A model generated the notes under the pieces. That model searched no databases. It saw only the letters and a program-made list of their open reading frames with translations, and was not told where the DNA came from. Position numbers and translations under genes: made by a program. This document shows, piece after piece, positions 34,757-47,267 of a DNA stretch of 64,000 nucleotides. The stretch spans positions 62,001 to 126,000 of the forward strand of contig JANJGN010000052.1 of the NCBI GenBank assembly GCA_026770705.1, read 5' to 3'. Positions within the stretch are counted from its first letter, which is position 1. Every line of letters begins with the position of its first letter. Source of the DNA: Isurus oxyrinchus (Eukaryota).

Positions 34757-35084
34757 ACCCTGGCCTCATTCACGCAAGGTCATCCTGCACCATGCCACAG
34801 CCTCTCCCCTCCTTATCTACTGCTTAGCAATCTATTTCACACAGGCCCTGTTCATTAATTCCAACTGAAACTTTACCTGCGTTTTACAGCAGGGAATGAA
34901 GCCATTTGGCCCATCTGCTCCATGCTGGTGTTTCTGCTCCACACGAGTCTCCGCCCATCCCTTCTCCATCTCACCCCATCACCATATCCTTCTATTCATT
35001 TCTGCCTCGTGTGTTTATCCAGCTTCCCCTTAAATACATCGACACTATTCACCTCACGTAACTGTGTTTGTGCCTGTCTTTATG

Positions 35085-35116
<32 letters not shown>

Positions 35117-35599
35117 ACTGTCAATATGTGTGTGTCAATGTGAATGTGTGTGATTGTGTCAGCGTGTGTGTGTGTATGTGTGACTGTCAGTGCGTGTCAA
35201 TGTGAATGTGTGTGATTGTGTCAGCGTGTGTGTGTGTGTGTGTGTGTGTGACTGTGTCAGTGTGTGTCAATGTGAATGAGTGAGTGTGTCAGTGTGTCTG
35301 TGTGGGTGTGTGTGACTGTGTCAGTGTGTGTCAATGTGAATGAGTGAGTGTGTCAGTGTGTCTGTGTGGGTGTGGGTGTGTGAGTGTGCAAGTGAATGTG
35401 TGAGGAATCTTATGACTAAGTCATTTGAATGGATGTTACTGGGGTTAATGATAGTTAAAATTCAGAGAGATGTGAAGCGGGCACCTGATTTTGCTGCTTT
35501 ATGCTCCCGGGCACAGATTGACCCCGACAATGTGTTCATGATTCACCATCATCTTGTCGGGACTTTAATTGTAAAGATTATGATTTGTGAAAAAAAATG

Positions 35600-35605
35600 A
35601 ATAAA
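35600..35605 (+). terminator. Candidate polyadenylation signal for the hepcidin-like gene
   Basis: First AATAAA I found downstream of the stop codon. Confidence 0.35.
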
Positions 35606-37244
35606 CAACTTTTGTCTTCACAAAGTGTCTGGCTTGGTATTTCAGGCTACTTGTCTCTCCCTCACCCTCCCCCCCCACCATGCCCCCCACACCAGGGAAC
35701 AATTGTCCCCCCTTCCTCTGAAGTTCTGGGTAAAGATCAGCTGTATTCAATGCAAGCTGTTCCGACATCGAGAACGTTGTTACAAATATCTCACAAAGGG
35801 CACATGCCATGATAGCCCACTTTCAACAGATTTTACCAGTTGACCAGGTTGAAAACCTTTTCATAAACCACAACGTAGGTGTTCAATTCTTGCTGCTGTT
35901 TGCTTAATGTTCTCATAACTGCTATAACCTCTCTAGTTCCACTACATAACAACACCAACATAAATAAACAGAAGCAGGAGTAGGCCTTTTGGCCTCCCAA
36001 GCCAGCTTGTCCATTCAATTTGAACCTGGCTCCTGCTGAAAGTTATTTAAGTTGAAGCGATAAAGCCATCAGGTGCAGGGATTAAAATGTAAGCAAAGGA
36101 AAAATAATACTTAGACATGAGATTTAAAATCAGTTTCTGTGAAGAATCATACTGAGGCCATTGCACTGGATTCCTTCTTTCCAGAGTGAAGGGTTTAAAA
36201 CTAGGAGTCACATTCAGCAGCTGCGTTGTCTTCTCTAGTTGACTATTTGGAGGTTGCCTATAGATGTGAATCAGCAGGTCAGCAGCTTTGGGGAGTGAGT
36301 GAAGGTCCCTTTTATTTACAGGATCTGCCACAGGGTGTGCAGGAATATTCCTGCTGAATTCTCCATCCTTGCATTCATGAAGGGTTTGAAACTGGAAGTC
36401 ATATTCAGCAGCTGCAATGGCCTCTGTAGCCAACTGTCTGGAGGTTGCCTGTACATGTGGACTCAGCAGGTCAACAGCTTTGTAGGGCGGGGGGGGGTGC
36501 ACGGGTAGTAAAGGTCCCTTTACTTTAAAGGCTCTGCCAGTGCAACACTTGATGATCCTGGGTCAAAATCATGTATCACCCTCCCCAACAGCACTGTGGA
36601 TGTGCCCGATGGAGGTTCCTTGGCTTCGACAAGCAGCCTACCAGCTCTGCTCTCAATTCCTCTTCACACTTGCTTCCTTCCTCCTCTGGTCTTTACTTTG
36701 TTATAGTGTTAGTGTCCGCTCTGCCTTTTTTGTTGCTTTCCCAATTCTTCCCACCAACTCTCTCTGGCTTGATCCTTCTCTGTGCTCATCTCATTGGTTT
36801 GGGTTTCTATCCGTTCATTGACCTGGTGCAATCTGAAACTGGTGCAATCAGGTAGGGGTGGGGGGGTTGGCGCTGGCCGTGGGTGGTGATACACGGCTAC
36901 CTTTTTACCAAAATTCTTTCACGGGATGTGGACAGCGTTTGTTACCTGTTCCTGACTGAGCCCTGGAGAAGGGGGTGCTGAGCTGCCTTTTCGAAGTGCT
37001 GCAGTTCACCTGGTTTGACTGGGCTGTGGCGGGTTTTGATATAACTCAGTGGCTTGCTCGGCCATTTCAGGGGCCAGTTAAGAGTCAACCACATTGCTGT
37101 GGGTCAGGAGTCACACGTAGGCCAGAATGGGTAAGGACGGCAGGTTTCCTTCCCCAAAGGGCATTAGTGACCCAGATGGGTTTTTGCAACAATTGGCCTT
37201 AGTTTCATGGTCACCATTACTGAGACTAGCTTCGCATTCCAGAT

Positions 37245-39200
37245 GTCACATCCAGTCGTGGACAATTAAACAACTCACTGGAGGAGGAGGCTCCACAAAT
37301 ATCCCCATCCTCAATGATGGAGGAGCCCAGCACATCGGTGCAAAAGACAAGACTGAAGCATGCGCAACAATCTTCAGCCAGAAGTGCTGAGTGGGTGATC
37401 CATCTCGGCCTCCTCCGGAGGTCCCCAGCATCACAGATGCCAATCTTTAGCCAATTCGATTAATTCCACGTGATATCAAGAAAGGGCTGAAGGCACTGGA
37501 TATTGTAAATGCTCCAGGCCCTGAAAATATTCTGGCAATAGTACTGAAGACTTGTGCTCCAGAACTTGCTGCGCCCCTAGCCAAGCTTTTCTGGAATTTT
37601 CTAGTACAGCTGCAACACTGGCAACTACCCGGCTATGGGGTACGTCCTGTACACAAAAAGCAGGACAAATCCAACCCAGCCAATTACCCAGCAGTCTATT
37701 CTTGATCATTACTAAAGTGATTGAAGGGGTCATCAACAGCGCTTGCAAGCAGCACCTGCTTAGCAAGAATCTGCTCACTGACGCTCAGTTTGTGTTCCAC
37801 CAGGATCATTCAGCTCCTGGCCTCATTACAGCCTTGGTTCAAACATGCATAAATGAGCTGAACTCCAGAGGTGAGAGTGACTGTCCTTGACATCAAGGCA
37901 GCATTTGACTGAGTGTGGCAAATCAAGGAGCCCGAGCAAAACTGGAGTCAATGGGAATCGGGGGAAAACTCTCCGCTGCTTGGAGTCATACCCAGCACAA
38001 AGGACGATGGTTGTGATTATTGGGGGTCAATCATCTCAGTTCCAGGACATCACTGCAGGAGTTACTCAGGGTAGTGTCCTAGGCTCAAACATCTTCAACT
38101 GCTTCATCAATGACCTTCCTTCCATCATAAGGTCAGAAGTGGGGATGTTTGCTGATGTTTGCACAATGTTCAGCACCATTCACAGCTTCTCAGATACTGA
38201 AGCAAGTTATGTCCATTTGCAGCAAGACCTGGACAACATCCAGGCTTGGGCTGACAGGTGACAAGTAACATTCATGCCACACAAGTACCAGGCAATGACC
38301 AGCTCCAACAAGAGAGAATCTAATTGAAGGTGCAGAAAATTTGGATTTATGTTCAAGAGCCAGCCAGGACCAGCAGCTAGGGCGCCAAAGCGTACACATC
38401 CTTACGTGAAAACTTAAAAACCTGTACTAAGGGCTCAGTTGGAAATTTGCAATGAGGAAATGGGAGACACACACACAAGGACACTGGGTGACTCAATCAA
38501 GAAATGGGGAAGGTTATTTCACACCGTTCGATGGCCTTGAACCACATCCAGTCAGCCCCCGGAAACCTTTTGTATTGAACAAACATAGATTCTTTGCTGT
38601 CTCAAAAGGACAATAGCCAGTCTCTGCCCTGTAATTACTGTACAAGAACACAATTATCAGCCCACCGGAGGATCATTGTGCTGTGGCCTTTGTCTAACTA
38701 ATACCATTACCTTGTAACTGAGAGTAAAAATATATAAACTGTGCTCATTTGAACCTTGGTGGAGAAGCGCCTGGACTGCCCAGCGTTTGCTCCCCACATG
38801 CGTAATAAAGGAACCACTTGAATATTGCATCTGGAGTCCGAGTGTTGAAATTTTGTACCAGAATATCCCACAGACCATTCATAACCATCGCCCCTTGACA
38901 TTCAATGGCATTACCATCAATGAATCCCCCAATATCAACATCCTGGGAGTTACCATTGAGCAGAAACTGAACTGGACCAGCCATATAAACACTATGGCTG
39001 CAAGAGCAGGTCAGAGGCTGGGAACCCTGCAGACAGTAACTCACCTCCTGACTCCCCAAAGCCTGTCCACCATCTACAACGCACAAGTCAGGAGTGTGAT
39101 GGAATACTCTCCACATGCCTGGATGAGCACAGCTCCAACAACACTCAAGAAGCTCGACACCATCCAGGACAAAGCAGCCCGATTGATTGGCTCCCCTTCC
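37245..39200 (+). mobile_element. Degraded CR1/L2-superfamily LINE RT region
   Basis: GVTQGSVLGSNIFNCFINDL, MFAD, QDLDNIQAWADR, YNAQVRSVMEYSP...LDTIQDKAARL; interrupted by a solo LTR. Confidence 0.85.
38325..38881 (+). mobile_element. Solo LTR inserted in the LINE
   Basis: TGAA...TTCA termini, taat/taac target duplication, internal AATAAA at ~38804. The LINE sequence gagagaatctaa|ccatcgcc resumes on the far side. Confidence 0.78.
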
Positions 39201-40694
39201 ACAGAGCTAGATAGATTCTTGATTAACAAGGGGGTGAAAGGTCATTGGGGGTAGGCAGGAATGTGAGGTTGAGGTGACAATCAGATCAGCCATGATCTTA
39301 CTGAATGGCAGAGCAGGTTCGAGGGACTGAGTGACCTACTCCTGATCCTAACTCAGATATCCAGATGTTCTCAAAGGCAATTGGGGATGGGCAACAAATA
39401 CTGGCCTAGCCAGCGACACCAACATCCCTGAAATGAATAAGAAAAAAATGTATCAATCAATTAAATTTATTGATTAATCGAACTGAAATTCCTCCAGCTG
39501 CCGTGGTGGGATTTGAACCCGTGCCTTCAAAGCATTCACCTGGGCCTCTGGATCACTGGCCTAGTGCCATTCCCATTGTGCGACTGTCTGCTATCATCAT
39601 GGCTCTTTCACATCGATGTGGAAGTCCTGATAACAGAAGCATTGGACGAGGTACAGTAAGGTGACAAATCAGGAGCTCCATTGCTCAATATGAACGGATA
39701 ATAAAGATAAATGAACATAAACCTTCCAGTCGCTAATTAGGGAGTCACTGTGGAGCCCATGAGTCCCTCGCAGCGCTATTGCAACCTTCTGGATCCCCAG
39801 TAGGGGACTCGGGGTGCAGCTGTGTCTTCCTCATCATTTGGAAAAGCCGGAATTGTTCGGGTGCCCCTTCAAACAGGCCGAAGATGCAGTGGGTGATGTC
39901 TCCCACAGGCCCTGGGAGACCTCCCCTGCCAATTTGTTTTGTAGCTTATTCTTCAACTGCGACTTTGGATCAGCTTGAAAAAGGGTGAGGCTGAGGCAAT
40001 ACCACCAGGTAAGCGTCTATCCCCTCACACGTCACCCCCCGACCCCCGTAACCGTCACAGTCCCTCCCATCGTGCTGGAGGAGCATAATGTGCACATTCC
40101 CCTCCTTCCAATCAGTCTCCTCCCTTCCTCTCTAATCCTTGATCTTATTGTGTTCGGGGTTGACATCCCAGTCCTCCTCCCTAGACTGTCTGATGTTGAC
40201 ATCCCAATGCCCCATGTAGACCTGACCTCTCTCCAACTAGAGGCCCATTGTACTGTGACTTACAGAGACCACCGGCCCCCCTCGATTCCCACCCCCACCC
40301 CTACCCTCTATATTACCTGCTCCCCACTGACAGGCTGCAGATGCCTCCCCTGACTGGGATTGTGCCACCTGCGGCCTAGTATCAAGCCACCCACCCCCAG
40401 GATGGACGTGTGTGAGGGACTGACCACGTCCTGCACACCATGCTGGGCACCACCAACCCAGGACTGCCAGGCTGTCCCCACCACACTGGACTGGGACTAG
40501 AATAGGCATGCCAAGCACAGCTCTCTAAATCGTGGCGCAGACCCACAGCACTCGCAATGTTTTGTGGCCCGAATCCTTGCTGAGGAACTGCCCAGCACTA
40601 AAATCAAAACAACTGCAGATGCTGGAAATCCAAAACAGAAACAGAAACAGAAATACCTGGAAAAACTCAGCAGGTCTGGCAGCATCGGCAGAGA

Positions 40695-41480
40695 AGTACT
40701 GAGGGAGTGCGGCACTGTCGGAGGGTATGAACTGAGGGAGAGCTGCACTGTCGGAGGGCTTGAACTGAGGAAGTGCTGCACTGTCGGATGGTTTGAACTG
40801 AGGGAGTGCTGCACTGTCGGAGGGTCTGAACTGAGGGAGTGCTGCACTGTCGCAGGGTCTGAACTGAGGGAGAGCTGCACTGTCGGAGGGTATGAACTGA
40901 GGGAGTGCTGCACTGTCGGAGGGTATGAACTGAGGGAGAGCTGCACTGTCGGAGGGCTTGAACTGAGGAAGTGCTGCACTGTCGGATGGTTTGAACTGAG
41001 GGAGTGCTGCACTGTCGCAGGGTCTGAACTGAAGGAGTGCTGCACTGTCGGAGGGTCTGAACTGAGGGAGTGCTGCACTGTCGGAGGGTCTGAAATGAGG
41101 GAGTGCTGCACTGTCAGAGGGTCTGAACTGAGAAAGTGCTGCACTGTCAGAGGGTCTGAACTGAGAGAGTGCTGCACTGTCAGAGGGTCTGAACTGAGGG
41201 AGTGCTGCACTGTCGGAGGGTTTGAACTGAGGGAGTGCTGCATTGTTGGAGGGTTTGAACTGAGGGAGTGCTGCACTGTCGGATGGTTTGAACTGAGAGA
41301 GTGCTGCACTGTCGGAGGTTCTGAACTGAGGGAGTGCTGCACTGTCGGAGGGTTTGAACTGAGGGAGTGCTGCACAGTCGGAGGGTCTGAACTGAGGGAG
41401 TGCTGCACTGTCGGAGGGTTTGAACTGAGGGAGTTCTGCATTGTCGGAGGGTCTGATCTGAGGGAGTGCTGCACTGTCTA
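40695..41480. repeat. 33-bp minisatellite array (gaactgagg variant)
   Basis: About 24 copies; source of three long spurious ORFs. Confidence 0.95.
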
Positions 41481-41820
41481 AAGAACATTGTACAAATTGC
41501 ACAAAATTTCATCTGATGCCTGTGTCTCATGCTAACATGAAGTTCATGCACACAACAGGAATATTTCTCGCTGTTTCTCTGCAGCAAGACAGCTTTGGTA
41601 TCACACCACCCACTGGCAAGAGTGTGCAGTTACAATGTGACATGTTTACATTGGAAATTTCTATTATAAAGATGGACAGAGGAATTCATCTGATTGGAAA
41701 ACGTGACAACAGGAAGCTATGTCTTTGAGCCAAGTATTTTGCAGCAAAACAAGAATTTTAATCTTTAAATATCTACAGAACAGGCTGAGCATTTTAATCA
41801 CTTGAGTTAATCAATGTAAT

Positions 41821-41826
41821 TTTATT
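41821..41826 (-). terminator. Candidate polyadenylation signal of gene B activating-type terminal exon
   Basis: tttatt (AATAAA on minus) about 385 nt after the stop at 42210. Confidence 0.55.
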
Positions 41827-42209
41827 CATAAGCCAAATGCTTCTTACAATCCATCGCAGCATGAAAAAGGTGCAGCATTCAGAAAGCACATTCCAATCAG
41901 AGAACAGAGTTTAGCAACGTCACATTTCTGTTCATTCCTATTCGATGAACAATTTCAAAAGGAAATTGGACGGAAATTGGAAATAAATTTGCAGGGATAC
42001 GGGGATAGAGCAGGGGATGGGACTGAGTGGATTGCTTTACAGAGAGACAGCATAGACTCAATGGGCCAAATGTCCTCCTCCATTGCTGGAATGACTCGAT
42101 GATACGGAGACGATTATAACCAGGACACTGACCAGTTTCATTACAACTTAACACAACATCACACGTTATTTGTCCGCACTGACTGACCAGATTGTTGCTG
42201 TACAAAGCT

Positions 42210-42349
42210 TCAAACAGTCTGTCGACTTCCTTTCACTGTTTGTCTCTCCCAGACACAGACTCCAGCGATAGTGATAACCACAGCCACAAGGAATATCACA
42301 GCTCGTATTCCCAGGATCAGGATCACGTGCAGAATCTCTCCTCCACTGT
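42210..42349 (-). CDS. Siglec-like gene B terminal exon: TM with Arg and short tyrosine-free tail (activating type)
   Basis: tttctttctgtgtgttctctag| acceptor, phase 1. (D)SGGEILHVILILGIRAVIFLVAVVITIAGVCVWERQTVKGSRQTV*, Arg codon 42303-42305. This frame is not in the ORF track. Confidence 0.85.
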
Positions 42350-43463
42350 CTAGAGAACACACAGAAAGAAATCATCACTGACTCTCCGCTTTCAATCTCT
42401 CACTCTGGCTGAACAATCAAGCTTCATATCACTGCAACATTTGCTGTAATATTGACCCATCCACTGGGATTCAATGTGGAATGAATGTTTTCATTGTAAA
42501 CACTCTAAGAGTGGACAATCGGAACTTTCCCCTTAGCGTGGAACATTGGTGAGAATGGATCATTGTGCTGTTGGACTCCCTGTCCAATGTTTCTCTCTAT
42601 TGCTGTGTACAGGATTGTGCTGTAGAAAATTCTGGAAACGTTTAGTGCCGGGTGAAAATCCATCTCGGACGTGTGTGCAAATCGGGCAGGATCGGGATGG
42701 ACTCCCCCACGGACATACACCCCCCGCTTAATAAACAGTTCCAATCTTTACCCAGAGAGAGGGGAGAATATGGAACTCGCTCCCACAGGGAATGGTTGAG
42801 GTGAATAGTAGGAAATTAGGAAGTGAAATTGCTTGAAAAGCTTGGAGATGCAAGGGTTAAGTGTTACCGTGCTACCACTGGTGGGAGAGTGTAACTACAG
42901 CGTGACGTTTACATAGGCAATCCCCATTATGAACATGGACATCATGTGAAAAATGGGCACTGGAAAGCTGAGAACTTGATGTAAGCTTTTCAGCAACAGG
43001 AATTCCCTTCCTAAACCTCTCCACTTCCCTCTTACTCTCAGATACTCAAACAAAATTTCACACAAAATCACGTAAGGAGGAATTGGGACTGGTGACTGGT
43101 CAAAGAGTTAGATTTCAGGAAGGTTCTTAAAGTAGGATAGAGAGTTGGAGAGGCAGAGAGTATCTGTGAGTATCTCTGTGCATCTGAGTGTCTGTAATAG
43201 ACTTTGCAATTTCCATATTCTTCCATAAATATGAAAGGGAACACAAATCCCAGAATCCAGGTCAACTCTCCGGTGCAGCACTGAGGGAGGTCAGGTAATC
43301 CACAGGGCAGTATGTGATAGTGTGTTTGTTTGTGAGTGTGTCTTTGTGTGTGCTCATAGATGTGGGATTGTGTGTCTGCAGGTGTCTATTTAAGGCTGGA
43401 TATTTATGTGTGTTTTTGTAGTGTTTCAATCTGAGAGAGATGTTGAAGTTTATCTTAACTAAC

Positions 43464-43615
43464 GTTCCACAGTGATGGTTATGAACCCCTCCACTGCTCC
43501 ATGTTCATTCTCTGAGCACACTGATAGTCTCCAGTGTCCCTGGATGTAACGTGAGGAATCACCAACCACAGCTCATTGTTGGAACTTGTTCTGTTCATTG
43601 TGATATTCAGATGTC
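43464..43615 (-). pseudogene. Broken C2-set exon remnant in gene B
   Basis: Only the 3' half (HLNITMNRTSSNNELWLVIPHVTSRDTGDYQC) matches the module C exons. The 5' half and acceptor are missing and there is a 1-nt deletion after the Cys codon. Confidence 0.8.
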
Positions 43616-43938
43616 AGGACCGGACTCAACAAGACAGATTGCAGGTTTACCAACAGAAAGTGAAAAACAATTTATATTTAAAGGGAAGAGAGTGCTGGTT
43701 AATCAGCAAGTGGTCTCTGATTGGAGGAGGTGTTGCCATGGAAAATAATGTGTGTGAGATGTAAAGTTTAGACAGCTTGTCCCTTCATTCAGCAACAATC
43801 AAATAAAGATCAGTTAACTTCTATCGACTGTGAAGCACTTTGAGAGGTCTGAGAATGTGGATACTGAGAACAGGCTGCACTGTCAGAGGGTCAGCGCTGA
43901 GGGAGCGCTGATGTAGAATGAAAGGTGTCTGTACTTAC

Positions 43939-44235
43939 CTTGCACAGTTAGTACGAGGGTCCGCTCCGATGCAACAGATGGATATCTCACTCTGCAGCTG
44001 AGAGTGTGTCTGTGGTGTTTGAGTGATGGGATCAGGGTCAGAACAGAAGTATAGGTCAGAGTGACACCATGCTGAGTTACAGTGTTTGAGACTGATCCAC
44101 GTACGTCAGTGGGAGTGTCCCAGGTTAAGACAGGTGCTGCTGTTCCATTGCACGTTGTGTTGAAGGTGCAGCTTACATCCACAGGCTTTCCTGCAATAAT
44201 TTCAGCAGGGAATATCGTGGGTTTATCTGTGAAAT
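43939..44235 (-). CDS. Gene B, domain-2 C2-set Ig exon
   Basis: 297 nt, phase 1-1, canonical splice sites; differs from the gene A exon at about 4 residues. Confidence 0.9.
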
Positions 44236-44963
44236 CTAACAGACGGAGAATGGATCCTTTTAGAGAAATATAACGTGAAGCATCAGTTCAAATAGAAATC
44301 ACAATCCCACAAGAAAAAGCACTTTTACAAGGATGATATCAGATCTGAGAGGTTACAATGATTAGGAGAGAATTTCCTGCTTTGAGACTTTGGTGTTTCT
44401 GTCTCTCAGCTTAATACACGTTCACTCCGAGACACTTGAACTGATAATAGTGGGTGAGGGTGGTGGAGCAGACCAGAGTTTGGAGTGCACTAACCCATCA
44501 GTCCCTCAGCGATCTGGGCCATTTTTTACTTTGCAATTTGTGGGAGCTTGCTGTGTGCAAATTGGTTGCTGTGTTTCCCACATTACAATAGTAACTAAAA
44601 TTCAGGAATCAGCTCATTGGCTGTGAAGTGATTTGGTCCGTGCTGAGGTGGTGAAAAGTGCTACAGAATTGTGAATCTTTCTTCTGTCGCTATGTCAGAC
44701 TTCGAGACAGGATTAGAGAGATCGATGGGAGTGGATAACCTGATAACATTGATGGACACAGTCAATACATTTAATCATTGATATTAAAGTGAGTATTAGA
44801 GGTTGCTTTAGGAGTGAACTGGAAGCTATCACCAGGTTATTGAGAATCAGACAGTGTGTTATAATAAGCTGTGTTTTGTGTTAATATGTAAACGTCACAG
44901 TTTGTGTTATTTCCCATTGAGTGTTGAATGTGAATTGTTGAGTAATTATAACACAGCACTTAC

Positions 44964-45329
44964 CAGAAACGTGAACCTGGGTTACAGGGTAATAGTTATG
45001 GCTCGGACCATTGTCAAATTCTATTCTGAAAAAATAAGGTCCTGCATCTTCCCATGTGATGTTGTTTATAATCAGGGAACAGTCGCCATCTTTCAGGTCT
45101 CCAGACAGCCGGGTCCGATGGTGGAACCGTGGTAACTCGTGACTGTGATCCTTGGAGTGAAAGGCTATAGACGATGTTCTCCATTCCTCATTATTAAGCC
45201 AGACTCCACGTCGCGGTTGGTTTTCCAGACATGATGGATAACTATAATGACATGGAATCTGTACACAGGAACCTTCCTGCACTGTCACCTCTCGTGGAGT
45301 GTCACCTTTCCACTCTTGTGAGGGTTCAG
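44964..45329 (-). CDS. Gene B, V-set exon V4 (next to C2)
   Basis: 366 nt, phase 1-1, ag/gt intact. AEPSQEW...SCVQIPC...WLNNEEWRTSSIAF...PYFFRIEFDNGPSHNYY; Arg present. Confidence 0.88.
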
Positions 45330-47267
45330 CTGGGGAGAGAAATCTCAATATTTAACTCTGAATGGTTTGTGGATCCACTGAACCCGATATTTACAGATGA
45401 GGCTGAATTGGGGGGATGGTCAATACTGAGGAGAATGGCAATAAATTATATTGTCAGGAAGAATAGAAAAACAGGATATAATTTAAATGGTGACAGGCTG
45501 CAGTATGCAGTACAGAGGGATCTGGGTGTCCTGGTACATGAATCACAGAAAGTCAGCATTCAGGAACAACACGGAATGAGGAAGGCAAGTGGAATGTTGG
45601 CCTTTATTGCAAAGGGATGGAGTATAAAAGGAGGGAAGTCTTGCAACAGCTACACAGGGCGTTAGTGAGATTGTAACAGGATCATTGTGTACAGGCAGTT
45701 CAGAGAAGCTTCACTGGGCTGATTCCTGGGATTAAAGGGTTTGTCCTGTGAGGAAATGTTGAGCAGGTTGGGCCTGTATCCATTGGAGTTTAGAAGAATG
45801 AGGGGTGACCTTATTGAAACATATCCGATTCCGAGGGGGCTTGACAGGGTGGATGCTGGGAGGATGTTTCCCCCTCGTGGGGGAATCTAGAACCAGGGAG
45901 CACAGTTTCAGAATGAGGGCTCTCCCATTTAAGACTGAGATGAGGAGGAATTTCCTCTCTCAGAGGGGCGCTAGCCTGTGGAATTCTCTTCCCCAGAGAG
46001 CAGTGGAGGCTGGGCCATTGAATAGACTCAAGGCTGAGTGAGGCAGGTTTTTGATCGACAAGAGAGTCAAGGGTTTGGGGGACAGGCAGGAAAATGGAGT
46101 TAAGGCCACAACCAGATCAGTGAGAGCAGGCTGGAGGGGCCGAATGGCCTGCTCCTGTCCCTATTTCTTATGTTCCTACATTCTTACCTTCTTAAAATAT
46201 TAAAGCTGCAGAATAAACATGCAAGTGACTGACCCGCTCGACCCACCTTCCATCTGGGGGTCCCATGGGGAGGACCCTTCCTGAGCCAGATCCACCAGCC
46301 AACATGGTCTGGATCCGAGCACAGGAGACACGGGGGGGGAGTGACTAACAGGCTCCTTGTGATAGGCCCCGTCTGTCCAATGGCTGGCTTTCAGCTGCCA
46401 AGGCCAGAGTTGTCCTTGCTAAAACCGGCTCAGGACAGGCCAGGACCCCTGTGCAGACCCCCTCCAGCGCTGCAGCCTCTGTACAAACCCCTCATGCGCT
46501 TGTGGAGAGACACAAACAAGGCTGCTCATTACCGAGGAGAATCCCCTCTACAGACTAAGGTGCTGACTCATCACCCTAAACTCGGCAAATGAGGAGGCTC
46601 TCGCTCGGTATCGGGGCTTGGCATTCGCTCAATAAAAATAATCAAATGACATTTTGGTCAGAAATCTAAGGAGGTTGTACATTCCCTCAAAAATAAGACT
46701 CGATCTGGGGTCGAGAGTCAAAGGGCAACAACTTATATTTTCACAACAACTTTAACATGACAAATCACCTCAAGGTGCTACACAGGAGCGTCATAAAACA
46801 AAGTATGTCACCCAGACACATGTGGAGATATTAGCGACAGCTGACCAGAAGAGGTCGGTGTTATGGAGAGACAGAGAGAAAGAGACAGAGAGAGAGAGAG
46901 AGAGAGGGAGAGGAAGAGGGAGAGGGAGAGGTTTAGGGTGGGAAGTCTAGGGTGGTGAAAGGCGCTGTAGAAATGTAAATCTTTCTTCTGTCGATATGTC
47001 AGACTTCAAGACAGGATTTGAGAGATTGATGGGAGTGGATAAACTGATAACATTGATAGACACAGTCAACACATTTAATCATTGATATTAAAGTGAGTAT
47101 TAGACATTGCTTTAGGACTGAACTGGAAGCTATCACCAGGTTATTGAGAATCAGACAGTGTGTTATAATAAACTGTGTTTTGTGTTAATATGTAAACGTC
47201 ACAGTTTGTGTTAATTCCCATTGAGTGTTGAATGTGAATTGTTGAGTAATTATAACACAGCACTTAC

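Noticed and set aside
34566-34868. 100-aa ORF from the track
   Set aside because: Wrong frame; the meaningful frame is hepcidin exon 3.
36047-36525. 151-aa minus ORF
   Set aside because: No recognisable domain or exon boundaries; it spans an internal ~190-bp duplication and is probably repeat-derived.
39700-40600. GC-rich unique-looking stretch with a CxCC motif
   Set aside because: Stops in the candidate frames and no family I can recognise; needs a database search.
40497-41502. Long ORFs of 305-325 aa, plus similar ones at 1055-1869 and 16967-17775
   Set aside because: They are translations of a 33-bp minisatellite that is open in several frames on both strands.
42166-42378. 70-aa minus ORF from the track
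   Set aside because: Wrong frame; the phase-1 spliced frame gives the TM exon.
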